DNA of 63,925 bases, the filler included, from Folioceros fuciformis (lineage: Eukaryota): the NCBI GenBank assembly GCA_049999805.1. It is 10 parts of 10 records of this genome, joined end to end, with 100 filler letters (N's around TTAATTAATTAA, not from the genome) between each part and the next. Parts side by side here need not be neighbours in the genome. Positions count along the whole stretch, not along the records: positions 23,972 to 33,697 come from JBNGIO010003898.1; positions 33,798 to 45,605 come from JBNGIO010003899.1; 8 more parts are not named here. The stretch is one strand, 5' to 3'. The translations under genes and the position numbers were made by a program. This document shows, piece by piece, positions 23,872 through 37,287 of the stretch (position 1 is its first letter; each line of letters starts with the position of its first letter). The notes under the pieces are model-generated. The model was not told the origin of the DNA and did no database searches. It saw only the letters and a list, made by a program, of their open reading frames with translations.

Positions 23872-24036
23872 NNNNNNNNNNNNNNNNNNNNNNNNNNNNN
23901 NNNNNNNNNNNNNNNTTAATTAATTAANNNNNNNNNNNNNNNNNNNNNNNNNNNNNNNNNNNNNNNNNNNNGGGATAAGTGTGGCCACTAAAGGTGGAAC
24001 CCATTGGCAATCAGTGCCCGGGGTTTTGCCTCCACA

Positions 24037-26125
24037 GCAGCCTAGGACATCTGGCAGAACGCGCAGGCAGCCTGAATTCTACAAATCTGAAGACTTCAGG
24101 CACCATAAATCTCACTTGACGTACTGCTTGGCCACGTAGTCTGCATGGTATGAACCTCCAACATACAAGGATGCATTGTCGTGCCCAGATGCACCTTTGT
24201 GGCAGAAAGCCATTAACTCGGAGCTGGACTCCCTATATGAAAACAAGACTTGGGTCTTGACCAGTCTCCCACCAAATAGAAAAGCAGTTGGTAGCAGATG
24301 GGTGTTCAAAGTAAAACTCCGGGCAGATGGCTCAATTGAGAGGTATAAGGCGAGAGTAGTTGCCAAGGGGTACTCCCAAATTCCAGGAGTGGATTACGAT
24401 GACACTTTTAGTCCTATGGTCAAGCTGACCACACTCAGGCTCTTCATTGCCCTGGCTGCAGTTAATAATTATGAGCTGGAGCAACTTGATGTTACTACAG
24501 CCTTCCTATACCGAAACCTGCAAGAGGAAATTTTCATGCAAGTACCTGATGGGGTTAGCATCCCTCCTGCCTTGCCAAATCCAGTTTGTAAACTGCAGAA
24601 AACATTATATGGCTTGAAGCAAAGCCCAAGAGCATGGTTTGCAAGGATAGATGCTTACCTTCAGGATCTGGGGTACGAAAGCCTGAATGCATACATAGCC
24701 TGAAGCTGATACGAATGTATACATAAAACGTGAAGAAGCATCCTTCTTGGCGTTAGCCATTTATGTAGATGATATTATTATCTTAAGCAACTCGCCTAGA
24801 ATGATCTTCATCCTGAAGGGTCAGTTGAGCAGCGAGTTTAAGATAACAGCAGCAGGGGCACTTACTTTTTGTTTAGGCATGCAGTTGCAGCGAGATCGGG
24901 AAGCAGGGACCATCTTCCTACATCAAACAAAATATGCAATGCAAATATTAGAACGCTATGGAATGACTAAATGCAAGCCTATTTCTACTCCGGTAGAACA
25001 AAACATGAAATATGTGGCTCAAGTAGGGAGTATACCTGAGGAGGAAGCAGCAATTGTGGAGCAGTATCCCTCTAAGAATGGGTCAGTCATGCATCTAATG
25101 ATAGGCTTGAGGCCTGACCTGGCCTTCAGCTGTGGACTGACCTCAAGATTCGTCTCCAACCCAAATGCAAAGCATAATGATCTCATGATGAGGCTGTACC
25201 GGTATATTGCAGCCACTATGGACTGGGGCATCCTGTACAGTTCAAAAGCACACAAAGCTTTGCAAATGGTGGCTTACAGCGATGCAGACTGGGCCGGAGA
25301 CTCTAATAGCAGGAAGAGTATCTCCAGCTATGTGACTTTGCTTGCTGGAGGCGCCATTGGCTAGAGCAGCAGGAGGCAGCCCACAATTGCGCTGTCCTCA
25401 ACCGAAGCTGAGTACAAGAGCCTCACAGAGGCATGCAAGGAGGTCACCTGGACAGTGGGAGCTCTCACAGAGCTTGGAGTGCCACAAACCCTGCCGGTGA
25501 TCCTGTTTTGTGATAATCAAAGTGCGATAGCATTGACTATGAATCCCAGGTTCCATGCGCGCACCAAATATGTTGAAGTCCAGCACCACTACATCAGAGA
25601 AGTGGTGAATGCTGGAACAGTCAGAGTGGAATACTGTCCTACGGAGCTGATGACCGAAGATATCTTGACAAAGGGGCTTGGACGTGTGAAGCACTACCAA
25701 CACGCAGCTGGGCTCGGGCTCCGCGCATGGGGCAAGGACTTGAAGTGGAGTACAGCTCCGGATCCAGCAATCGGCAAGGGCAAGGCAGTGGCGGCGCGCG
25801 AGGACGAAGACGAAGATGAAGACGACCCTTTGAGTCGAACTTCTTTATATTAGGGTTCTAAGTTTCTTATTCTAAGTTTCTTTTTTCTTTAAGTTTATAG
25901 GCGAGAGCAGTTTATATATATATATATATATATCTTAACTACACTAACCCCACACCTGAGTGGGAGTGACAGGTCATATTTAATTACCTTTTATTAGTTC
26001 AGGTTAAGGTTAGAGGATTAGGTAACGGTTACAACTAATAACCGTCGCCTAGTCAAGTTCACAAGACATGTCCCGTGACACTCAATCTAATCTAATCACT
26101 TCTCTACGCTCACGCGAACATGTCA
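24037..26125 (+). mobile_element. Ty1/copia 3' half (RT, RNase H, PPT, 3' LTR 25967-26125), nested in the gag of the opposite-strand copia
   Basis: ORFs 24176-24703, 24747-25364 and 25455-25853 with copia RT/RNase H motifs. PPT GAGTGGGAG, then a TGACA...TGTCA LTR. Preceded by a TGTGGAGG-family LTR end at 23972-24036. Confidence 0.92.
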
Positions 26126-27597
26126 GTCATTAAACTCATGACGTCTCTTGAAGAATATAGTTGGGCGAGATGGTCCCACATTTCTTTAGATGATCCAGCT
26201 TCACTTATGTGCCTAATCATCTGTTGGGAAAGACCACTAATAATAATGTCTTGTGCCTTCTCGTCCTTTGCGTCCCAGGTACGCTTATTCTCCGGCCCAA
26301 TAGTAGGGCGATTGAGAGTGCCATTTACAACTTCCCAAAGGTCTCTATTACGAAGGACTCCACGCATTCGAAGGCGCCAAATATCATAATCTTTGCCATT
26401 GAATCTATCTTTTTCTTTGAAACCTTCACCATAATTATATATGATTGTTGATTTCGAATCGAGTGTGTCCCTATCATTGCCTCTGTTCATAGTTTCTTCA
26501 ACATATGGTTCTTCATCATGGTTCAGCCGACACATAGCAGGTGAAATCAAAGAGCACGACTATATCGTAATGAAGTTGATGTGTTCAAAAGTGAAAACTT
26601 GGCTGCAATATCGTCAGAATCATAATCTACATAGTCATCACGTAGAGGACTTTCTTCAAGGTTAGGAGAAGGAAATTTGTGTTCTAGCTTTTCAATTCTA
26701 TTGTTAAGTTCACAAACTTCATTTATAAGTAATCCTAAACTATCCTGAATTTGATACTTAAAGTCTTTTATGTCTGAATTAAATGATAAATTGTTCGATA
26801 AAACATGATCATTAGAGGAAATAAAAGGACCAGCACGAAGATTAGGAATATGTTGCAATNNNNNNNNNNNNNNNNNNNNNNNNNNNNNNNNNNNNNNNNN
26901 NNNNNNNNNNNNNNNNNNNNNNNNNNNNNNNNNNNNNNNNNNNNNNNNNNNNNNNNNNNTCAGCAATTTTGATTTTGTTTCCTTGATTGTGAGATTTAAT
27001 CAAAATTGAGCCAATATAATTTGAAATCTTCGAAGCAAGATAAGCAATTGAATCATTTGTTGAAATTTCCTTCCTTGGACATTGCAATTCACGGGTCTTA
27101 TGGTTTTCCTTTCGTTTTGCAACCAAATGTGCTTTCCAAAATATATGCTTGGATGAATATGATTTCATTTGGAGAGACTTCAATGCACAAATTGTGCATT
27201 ATGAAAATTTGAGCATAAGAAAATAGCTGCCTAAAGTAGAGCCTTCTTCAAGCATATCTAGAAATTTAGAAAATGCTAGAGAAAGGTAGCCATAGAAGAA
27301 GAGAAAAACTTATAGGCAACAAGCTTAGTGCTCAAAAATTGAGAGCAAAATGCTCTGATACCATGATGAGAATCATAAGATGCTCTCTAGTGCATATAAA
27401 TTAACATATATTATAGTGCTACAGCAAGTGCTTTTATAGCACAAACGGTTACAAGGTTGTTGTAACCAATATAACAACTAACTACTTGAGTAACCAATTA
27501 AATAACTGTATCAAACCCTAGAAATGAATTATATCTAATTCTAGGATTTAATAATACCCTAATGAGTAGTGCTCTAATATATTTGTATATTTTATCA
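26126..27597 (-). mobile_element. Ty1/copia 5' part: LTR 27364-27597, PBS 27352-27363, extra pre-gag ORF (about 26547-26860), gag N-terminus
   Basis: GCTCTGATACCA PBS; TGATGAGAAT...ATTTTATCA LTR; gag YGEGFKEKDRFNGKDYDIWRLRMRGVL (26110-26550). Confidence 0.88.
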
Positions 27598-27860
27598 ATG
27601 AGAAGGGGAGAGACCACCCAATCTTTTATGCGAGGTGGCAGTCGTGTGACGTAGAGAGGAATTATTCAACAACTGAGTGGGAAGGACTTGGTATTGTGTA
27701 CTCTTGCAAGAAATTTGAACATAACTTGCTAGCTTGCAAAGTGACTTTTCATGAAAAGTCACTTTAGTCATGTTGATCACTTTGCACTTAAGTACTTGAT
27801 GACCAAACTTGACCTTTCCGGAAGAATTGCGAAGTGGATTCTTCTTCTTTAGGAATTCAA
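27598..27860 (+). mobile_element. Ty3/gypsy RNase H fragment
   Basis: Translates to DHPIFYA...ERNYSTTEWEGLGIVYSCKKF...VDHFALKYLMTKLDLSGRIAKWILLL*EF. Confidence 0.8.
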
Positions 27861-30800
27861 TCAGACCATAGAGACAAGAGATGGAAAGCAAGATGCAATT
27901 GAAGACATAAGCGAATGAGCAAGGGTTGGATGACAGATTTCCAGGTGAAGAGCTGATCGCAGAGGTAGAAACAAAGAGTGCAGTGGAAGCGCAACGGAAA
28001 ACAAGTGGCGGGAGTTTACACCAAACTCTCACGGGAAACATCAAGAAATATCTAGAGCATCCAAGGTAGGCAAGGTTGGATTTATACACAAAGCTACTCC
28101 ATATTTTATATGGAAGGGTATATTGAACACCAAGGTCTTGATGAATAAATACGAAGGTGTTTGGATATGGAGGAAGCACGACCAGTGATAGAAGCACTAC
28201 CAGTGATAGAAGCACTACATTTGGAGGAGGCCAGAGGGCATTTTTAATAATGCCCATTGTCTCAGAGGCCTTTAGTACCTATGAATGTTTTGCTTTTGGC
28301 TCGTTTTGAAAAATGAGGAATTAATTTTGTGGGACCAATCCAACCAAGGATCCTTGAAGAAACAAACCAAACCACTCACTAGGCAAAACACTCAAAATGA
28401 TAGAATAAGAGCCTATGCCGCATTTCAAATTTGCTAAGGATTGCAAGGAGGAAGGCAATTGAGCCACATATGGCGACCAAGTGGACCTGAAGAAAGCCAT
28501 TCCCCCTACGTCAGAATGGAAGGAGGACAATGATATGGATGTTGAGGATTATGAATGGGAAAAAGTACCATAACAAAAGGAGAAAGAGTGGGCGTGAGAA
28601 GTTGTGGAAACGCTATTTGACTTCGCAAACCTACTATCACAAGAGGGTCCGGTTGATCACTAAACCACCTACAGAGAAGGGAGAAAGGATATCTACGAAT
28701 AGTGAAGGGAAACAACTCAAGAAGGGAGACCCTTCCGTGGAGGAAAGAAAGGGACATGAAGACGTACAAGGGATGATGGAGGGCAAGATTGTGAAGACAG
28801 AGAGCAATCCCACAAGTGTCGAAGGTAGCCCTATGCGATTGGAAGGAGGAAGTCAAAAATTAGAAGAAGACATTCAGTTGGTGAATCCGACTGTCTCAGA
28901 GGCCTAAGAGGCAAAGGATCTTTCTCTGCAAAGTGGTCTAGACCCAATTAGTGCCATTGCAACAACATCCAAGGGGGTTAAGCGCCCCCTCTCTGAAGAT
29001 ATCAGCACCTCACCTGTGCTACGCGCCAAGAAACATCAGCAAGGAGATTAGAGGGAGGATAGCAGTGTGAGGTCAAAGTTTTCTTGTGCAACAAATAGAG
29101 GAGGATAGCTCGGCTGTGAGTGACAATTGAATCTCCAAATAAAGAAATAGCCGATTGCCTACTAGTTAGACGGGATACTTACCATACTACTTTTTGGTTT
29201 TGCTTTAATTACACTATCGGTGCCTAGGTACCTAGCCTAGAATAGACGGCAAGCTAGGAGTATGAGATGAGTTGAGATTGCTGATCTTGATGTGGATTTC
29301 TGGTGTTGTGAAAGGATTTTGGTGTGACGTTTCTGGACTTGGCTGCGTAGCCCTTTTTATGCTGACTTTTGGAGGATTTGATCCTTCCTTATGAGGGAAT
29401 TGTCACTCTAGCCATTCACTCCAGATTTCTCACCAGTAGGGCGATTTGGTTTCGAACATTGAGGATAGCAACTTGCTCATGGGAATGGACTAGGGAAGCC
29501 TACAATAATAGAGGGTGTGGCCACTATACGAAGAGTCTCAGGGTCCTAGGGTTTCGCGTGCCACAGAGGAACATATCTTGCCTTGCGTCTTCCACGAATG
29601 AGTAGATGAGCTGCAAGTTGGGAGGTAAGCGTGACGCTCTCACGTTGCACGGCAATGGCAACGACAACACTCATTAGTAGCTTGTCGCGGATATGCTATA
29701 GTTCCCCCTGCTCACCAACGCCTTGGTCGCCACCCACACTTGTTCATACAGATCTGCGTATACATAACTCCAGTATGTGCATTGGCCATGGGTCCAAAGT
29801 GGAGCAAGAGACCTAGCCTCCTATGATGGAGACGACACGTGGTACACTCATGTTGTTGCTATGGTTGTAGACCAAGATGGGTGGGATCAAGGGCTCAAAG
29901 TGAGCCCCCAATTGGTGCTACCCCCAACTCTCATGACATGTTGAAGAGCACGTTGCCCTCCAACAATCACCACTTGTACTTCCCTCCTCAAGAGATGAGG
30001 TCCACCTCCTAATACATGTTATGCAACAAGCAATGCAAGTTTCAGATAAAGTGTTTTACGTAGTGCAACAAGCAATTGAATAAGCTATTCAGCCTCGCCT
30101 TGCCTCATTTACGTCACTCAATAGCACACCAAAAGTACGTATACGACAAAGCTGAAGGTGCATTTTAAGATGAGACGTCCTAGGGTACACAAACTTTGAC
30201 TTATGCACACAGGCATTCAATTCCAAGACACATATAGTATTGCACCAAAATCCCGCAAGGCATTCGACACACTCACCGACACCATAGCCACAACCACATT
30301 CATCATGTCAAGCCAGGCACACCAAGGTTTATAAAATCCACATCCTCAGCGACAATAAAAAATTGTGAAGTAGCCAAGCCAAGGTATGAGGCACAACTCT
30401 TAACTTGACTATAGCAAGTAGCGAGCCGAGGATGCAAAGTACGGAAGTTACACGTGTTCATGTGCCTTTGTGCTGACACCCTTACTAGGCACGGTTCTGC
30501 GAGTGGCAAAATCGGATTGACAAGTGCGGCTAGAGCAACCCGACCTGCAACAGCAGGAGAAGCCAGTACCGCAACCCACGCCATGGACATGCTTCCTTCC
30601 GCCTGATCAGCTACCTACTACTGCAATTGTGGTAATGACAAAGCTCATATGGCAATTTTGTAAACGTCAGCACTAGCTCCAATTCCCTGTCTCGCGCGGC
30701 CTCGAGCGTCAAGCGTCGAGCTTGGCAAGAATTAAACACGAGCGAAGGCATTGAAGCAACGCGCATCCAATCCCCACACCGCAAGCAATAATTCGAGATC

Positions 30801-31079
30801 AACAGGCCGTAAGGAATGCGATCCGAATGCATAGAATGAAGAACATGTAGTGGCAATAGCACTGGTGAGAGTGGCGAGCGGCACACACTAGCAACATAGG
30901 CAAGAAAAGTGTGTGTGGGACAAGGCAAAAGCATATAAACTCATGGTTGACTACATGCCTTTTTTATTTATTTCACAGAAAACCATTAAGATGAATCAGG
31001 CAAATGCCTGAAACAAGGGGTACAAGTAGTTGTGTAGGTACCTGTACACTAACCCAAGACACTGAAAATGAAGACAAAT

Positions 31080-32260
31080 GAGGGGGGGGGGGAATACTAC
31101 CCATCCTGAACCTCATTTGTGGATCCACGTATCATCACGTCCTACTCGCAGAAAGCCAGCAAATCTCCAATCCTTCCGTTTAAACCTGTGGGGAGAGGTT
31201 ATTTGGAGGTTTTCTGCCACCGTTAGCACTTGTTCCCATACGTGCCACAGTACGGCCTTGGCAGTGAACGAAGGTCTCCCACCATAAACGACTATTGTCT
31301 AATTGCTCCAAAGACCAAAGATACATGACCTACACACCAGCCCCCACCTTTGAGTAAGCACCAATGGTTTACCAGAAGTTTGGTCTAGGCCAAAGAGGGT
31401 GGACTATTCAGTGAGGACTGGATTCACCAAAGGAAAGAGACGTTGCATCCAACCTTCCACCTCTCGCTAGACCTCTCAGGCAAAATCACATTGGAAGAAC
31501 ATATGTTGGCTTTTGTGAGGAGCCCCACTACTGCATAATCTGCATGTTTCCTCCCTGGCCGCTACTAGCAACCCATCCCAACAGTCTGCATTAGGCAATC
31601 AAGCCTGAAAGAGGCACCAAACTATAAATCTAACCTTAGGAGGAATTCCGACCGTCGTCCAAAGGATGTAGAGGGCTGGCTGCCTTCTGTCGCCGGAGGG
31701 ATACGCTCCCACCTGGGGGCCAGCGGCTGATGCTACCTAACTTTCTACAAGCGCACCAAACAGAGATAAATATCTGCTGTTTGGAACTTGAGCTCCCCTG
31801 TTTGCCACTTGGCCGCGTTGGCCACCGAAAAAGATCATGTCGCAAAATCAATTGCCAATTCTCCTCCAAGCGGAACCAACATCGGATCGGAAGCTTGCTT
31901 TGCTCCTCCTAGGTAAGCCACCTTCCTCCCCGCGTCGATCTCATCAAGACTATAATGGGGCACAGGGCTGTCTAGAGGGCAGTCCTTCACTTCTACCTTG
32001 CTTCTCCAAGAATCCCTCGAGTGAACTACATGTCTTGTTTATGCAACATTACATACATACAAATCGTTTTTTGGGCCAGATCATGGAGTTGATGCACTCC
32101 CATTCATTGATTACATTGTCGTAATCAAGTTACCCAAACCAAGCAGCCACATGATGATTCACATTTCATAATAAGATTCAAGAATGTCCCACAAGTCCAC
32201 TCTATCTACATACATATTTGTGCCGTAATATCCAAATTGTAATAGAAGCCCATGGAGATT
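31080..32260 (-). mobile_element. Heavily decayed LINE ORF2 (RT remnant and C-terminal zf-RVT)
   Basis: Reverse-strand CRLC...QHMFFQCDFA at about 31480-31545 and DYDNVINEW at about 32100-32125; many stops. Confidence 0.55.
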
Positions 32261-34480
32261 AGAGTTCACCATCTTAGTCACGTGTGAGGCCAGGAGCTAG
32301 GGATCCAGCTTCTCTTCTCGTTATCATGAGAGGAACCGACTTGATAAAGGACCTAGGATCTTGCCCTTCGTTGGGTTCATGGCTCATACTCTCCGTGCCG
32401 TTTAGATGCATTCCATGCCACCCTGTAAGGTTGTGGCTCCTAACGTCGCGGTTACTCATCAATCAAATTGTGGTAGAGACGTGGACATCGCCTCCCTAGC
32501 ATGCTGGAACCAGTGGCCGTGCTCACCACCTTTCACATACCTATATAAAGCTCAACTTTAAGGATTAATCTAGAATGGCAAAATTCTTATTATAAATCTC
32601 ATAATCGAGGGTTTAGAGTTTATTTAAGAGCATGAATTTGCCCATGTATTTATGTCCTTTCTCCTCTTCGTTAGTTTGTTAGTCTTGAGCCTATGAAACT
32701 CTTGTTGAATGGAGTGTATGAAACTCTTGTTCAATGAAGTGCAAGATGAGTATGTTTCCAACTTCATATATGGTAAAAATTTAATGCAAAATATGTTATT
32801 ATTAGTATCAACTAGTATTATTTTACGTATATTATCACATTATGATTTATAAGTTCTAATTATATGAAGCCTAATTTAATAGCAAAGGTCTACTTATATG
32901 GATCTTATAATTTCAAATGGAAAATTGATTACACTAACATGTGTATATCAATTTTTAATGTTTAACTTTAGTTGAATAGAGGAAAATGATATCTGTTTTT
33001 TTTTGCAGCTTTGACAAATGCAAATATGCCCAGGTAAAATGTTTAACAGAGGGACTATCTCTTGAGTTAACATTAGATCCATAACTAATATCAACCTTGC
33101 AAGCTAGATACAAATTTAACATCTCATCACAGATCCAATTTAAGGAAGAGGAATTGCAAATAAAAAAGCTTAGAAAAGTTTGATATATATCACTGGCAAA
33201 AGACACTTATACTTTAAGAAAAAATTACAAGTGATTTTAATCTAGCTCACTTTCATAAAGTTGATAACTTGGGTAATAGTAATTAGGTAGGTGATGCTGA
33301 TTCTATATGTTATGTTGATTAAGTGGTTAACGTTGGTATAAATAAATGAATTGTAGCATTTTTTTTCTTATCATGGTTGGTTAGTTAAGAGAATCATCTA
33401 AGCATCTATACAAGTAGCATAGACAATTACTAGGTTTTAATTATACACAATACATCGTTCTCCTTAAAAACCATTAATTTGTAAACATCTTCAGCACATA
33501 AGTATAAATTGAATCAATATACATGTTTTATCCTTCTTACTTAATGCATATATTTCATATCTTTGTAGTTAGAGACATGTAGTTTGTGTTGAGTTTGTAA
33601 TATAAGTTTAAGTTGTCTTGAAGTCAATTTAATATATACATATTTGAATTTTTTTCTTCATATTTTATATGTATATTCAAAGTGCGGCGACTGAACTNNN
33701 NNNNNNNNNNNNNNNNNNNNNNNNNNNNNNNNNNNNNNNNNTTAATTAATTAANNNNNNNNNNNNNNNNNNNNNNNNNNNNNNNNNNNNNNNNNNNNCCC
33801 TCGCTTGGCTCTAGGATCGGCCAGCCATCACGGCCGGATCCAGCGCCGCCCCTGGCTGACCCACCTAGGACTGTCTGTCGATCTGGCCTCCTGGCCGGCT
33901 AGATCTGCCAGCCCACCCTCCTGCCAGCCTACTGCCGGCCGCTTGCCCAGAGGCCGCAACCTGGGGCCGCAACCTGGCTCCTACCTTCTGAATCCGGCCA
34001 AATCTAGGCCACCGCCCTATCTCGCCGGTCTGCTAATTTGGCCACCTATGCTCTGGTGATCCCTATCCACCCGACGCACCAGGGCAGCGTCCCGACACCT
34101 CCATCTCTGTCCCCAACTTCCACCAGCGACAGCCAGAGGACCCCCAGCTCGCTTTCCGCGACGTCCCAAGCTTCCTATTCCTCCGTTACCTTACCCCGAG
34201 GAACCAGAGCCCGTGTCCTATCTACCACACAACCTACCTACCCTATCGACTCACCATCAATCTAGCTATTATTCTAACCTAACCTTCCAACCTTTCCTCT
34301 ACAACACTCACCCACAAATCCAAAAAAAAAAGAAAACCTATCATTTCCCAGGGGTCTGTTCAGCATGTGGAGTCCACAACNNNNNNNNNNNNNNNNNNNN
34401 NNNNNNNNNNNNNNNNNNNNNNNNNNNNNNNNNNNNNNNNNNNNNNNNNNNNNNNNNNNNNNNNNNNNNNNNNNNNNNNN

Positions 34481-37287
34481 GCATGTGGAGTCCACAACCT
34501 ATGCCCACTGTATCGTTAGGCGGTGCATTAACAAAATAAGATGCATCTTAGGCGGTGCATCTTTCATTAATGACTTCTCACGCAAGGTGTGGGTTTATCC
34601 TTTGAGGAAAAAGGATGTTCTGATAGTGTTTCAGAAATTCATCACCCTTGTGGAGAATCAGTCTGGCCTTCGGCTGAAGTGTCTGAGGACAGACAATGGG
34701 GGAGAGTATGTCTCGAAGGCTTTCCAGTCATTATGTGATTCCAAGGGAATCAAGAGAGAATTGACTGCGCCGTATACTCCTCCCCAGAATGGTGTGGCCG
34801 AACTGATGAACAGGACCATCTAGGAGAGGATGCGTAGTTTGCTGTCAAACTCTGGATTGCCTAACGCATTTTGGGGAGGAGCAGTGGTTACTGCGATGCA
34901 TCTTATTAACAGATCTCCTAATAGGACTGTGGATGAATAGGTTCTAGAGGAGATGTGGTCTGGGAAGAAGTCGTCTTACAAGCATCTACGAGTGTTTGGC
35001 TGTGAGGCTTACTACCATGTTCCAAAGGAGTTTCGGGACAAGTTGGCACCTAAGTCTAAGAAATGTATTTTTCTTGGCTATGGTGAATCTGGTGAGATGG
35101 GATACCATCTGTGGGACCCAGAAGCCAAGAGGATGGTTCGCAGCAATAACGTGTTCTTCAATGAGACCAAGATGCACAAGAAGCCTACTCCAACTATGGA
35201 GGTGCGACGGGTGGTCTTCCAAGAACATGGATTTGACCGTCCCGCGCAAATTGAACATCGTGATGTGCAGGAACAAGTTCCTCCCCTTGTAGAAGACGAG
35301 AGAGTGCAAGCAGCTTCGGTCGAGGCGCCAGTGCTTCGTAGGTCAAGAAGGATCTCACGTCCTCGTAACAGGTATGTTGCATCTCTTGATTATGTCATGC
35401 TGACGGTTGTGGGGAGCCCTCTTATTATAAAGAGGCCATGTTAGTGACTGACAAGGACAAGTGGGAGAAGGCGATGGAGTCGCAGATGGATTCCCTCCAT
35501 AAGAACCAAACTTGGGAGTTGGTTCGGTTGCCTAGGGGCAAGAAGGCGTTGCCATGCAAATGGGTGTATAAGATGAAGGACATACCCCATTATGGCAAAT
35601 CCAAGTATAAGGCACGATTGGTTGCTAAGGGTTTTAAGCAACAGCAAGGTATTGACTTTGATGAGATATTCTCACCAGTTGTCAAAATGACAACCTTGCG
35701 ATGTGTTCTTGCTCTGGTTGCGAGGCACGACATGGAACTTTGTCCAGATGGATGTGAAGTCGGCATTTCTGCATGGTGATCTCTAAGCAGAGGTATACAT
35801 GCAGCAACCAGAGGGTTTCATTGAGAAGGGCAAAGAAAATCTGGTGTGCAGGTTGAAGAAGAGCCTTTATGGTTTGAAGCAGGCACCCAGGGAGTGGTAT
35901 TTCAAGCTCCACTCATTTATGCTTTCTCAAGGCTACAAGCGTAGCGATGAGGATCATTGCCTCTATACGAAGCAAGCTAAGGATGGAAGCTTGCTCATTC
36001 TGGTCCTCTATGTGGATGATATGCTAATTGCTGGGACTAACAGTGATGAGATTTCAGCCTTGAAGTCAAAGGTGAATGCTCGCTTTGACATGATAGACTT
36101 GGGAGAGGCAAGCCATATTCTTGGCATGTATATTCATCGAGACAAACAGAAGCGTTTGCTTTACTTGTCTCAAACTGAATACATTAACAAGGTGCTTCAA
36201 CATTTCAATATGGAGAAGGGGAAGGTATTGGGTACTTCGTTGCCTCCATATGTGAAACTGTCGAGCAAGGAATACCCAAGTTCTGCGGAGGACAAAGCTG
36301 AAATGGAGAAGGTTCCATACTCATCAGCTGTAGGGAGTTTGATGTATGCAATGATTGCTACATGTCCTGACATTGCCTTTGCAATGGGAGTGGTTAGCAG
36401 GTTTATGTCAAACGCTGGCCAGAAGCATTGGGAGGCAGTGAAAGGAGTTATGAGGTACTTGAATGGTACGAAAGCTTTGTGCTTATGTTTTGGTAGTGAA
36501 GATGCATCTGTAGTGGGATATACGGATGCTGATTATTTAGGGGATATGGACAAAAGGAGGTCCACATCAGGTTATGTCTTCATGTGCACTGGAGGGGGAG
36601 TCTCATGGCGATCTCGTTTGCAATCGTGCATAACTCTATTTACCACAGAGGTCGAGTATGTTGCGGTGACTGAGGCTTGCAAGGAAGCCTTGTGGCTTGC
36701 TCGTTTAGTGGGAGATTTGGGGATCAAGGTTGAGCTGCCAATGTTGCATTGTAATAGCCAGAGTGCTATCCAGTTGGCGAAGAATCTAGTGTTTCATGCG
36801 AAGACCAAACATGTGAAAGTGAAGTATCACTTTATTCGAGAGGTGTTGGAAGACAAGAGGGTACAGCTTGTCAAAGTTCACACCAGTCAGAACCCTGCAG
36901 ATGTTCTTACCAAGGGGCTCTCTTCGGAGCAATTCGCACAAGCTCGAACACTCATGGGCATGAGGTAGACCGCTCTCCTATGAAGGTAAATTGGCCTTTA
37001 AGGGGGAGGTTGTAGGGTTATTAAAGCCCAATGTCATTAGACTAATGTGTTAAGTCTAAGATTAGTGTCTAGTTAAGTATCATTAGTTTAGATTAGCTTA
37101 AGCTAATCTGTAGGAAGCTTCTTGCGCAACTTCCTATGCGCTTCTTGTGAAGCTTCCTAGGGAGCTCTTCTAGAGGGTATAAATACCCCCTTGAGCTCCC
37201 TTGGTATTGAGACTCTATTGTGAGAGTGTGACCTCTCTTTCTCCTCCTCTCCTCCTTCACCATGTAGCTCCTTCTAGCAATCCTTCA
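34481..37287 (+). mobile_element. Ty1/copia (Tnt1/Tork-like) integrase-RT-RNase H, PPT and 3' LTR 37011-37287
   Basis: LRTDNGGEY, PQNGVAE, KARLVAKG, YVDD, ADVLTKGL. PPT AAGGGGGAGG at 37000-37009; TGTAGGGTT...AATCCTTCA LTR. Confidence 0.94.

Noticed and set aside
27595-28257. 220-aa minus-strand ORF
   Set aside because: Antisense to a gypsy RNase H remnant and other decayed sequence; no domain signal.
27860-31000. Possible decayed LINE ORF1 and unclassified repeats
   Set aside because: Only a broken knuckle-like trace near 28430-28470; too degraded to call.
32520-33690. Very AT-rich stretch as a possible organellar insertion
   Set aside because: No recognisable organellar gene, tRNA or rRNA sequence.
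34363-34498. Direct repeats flanking 100-N gaps (also 61826-62018)
   Set aside because: Probably overlapping contig ends or collapsed repeats from scaffolding.
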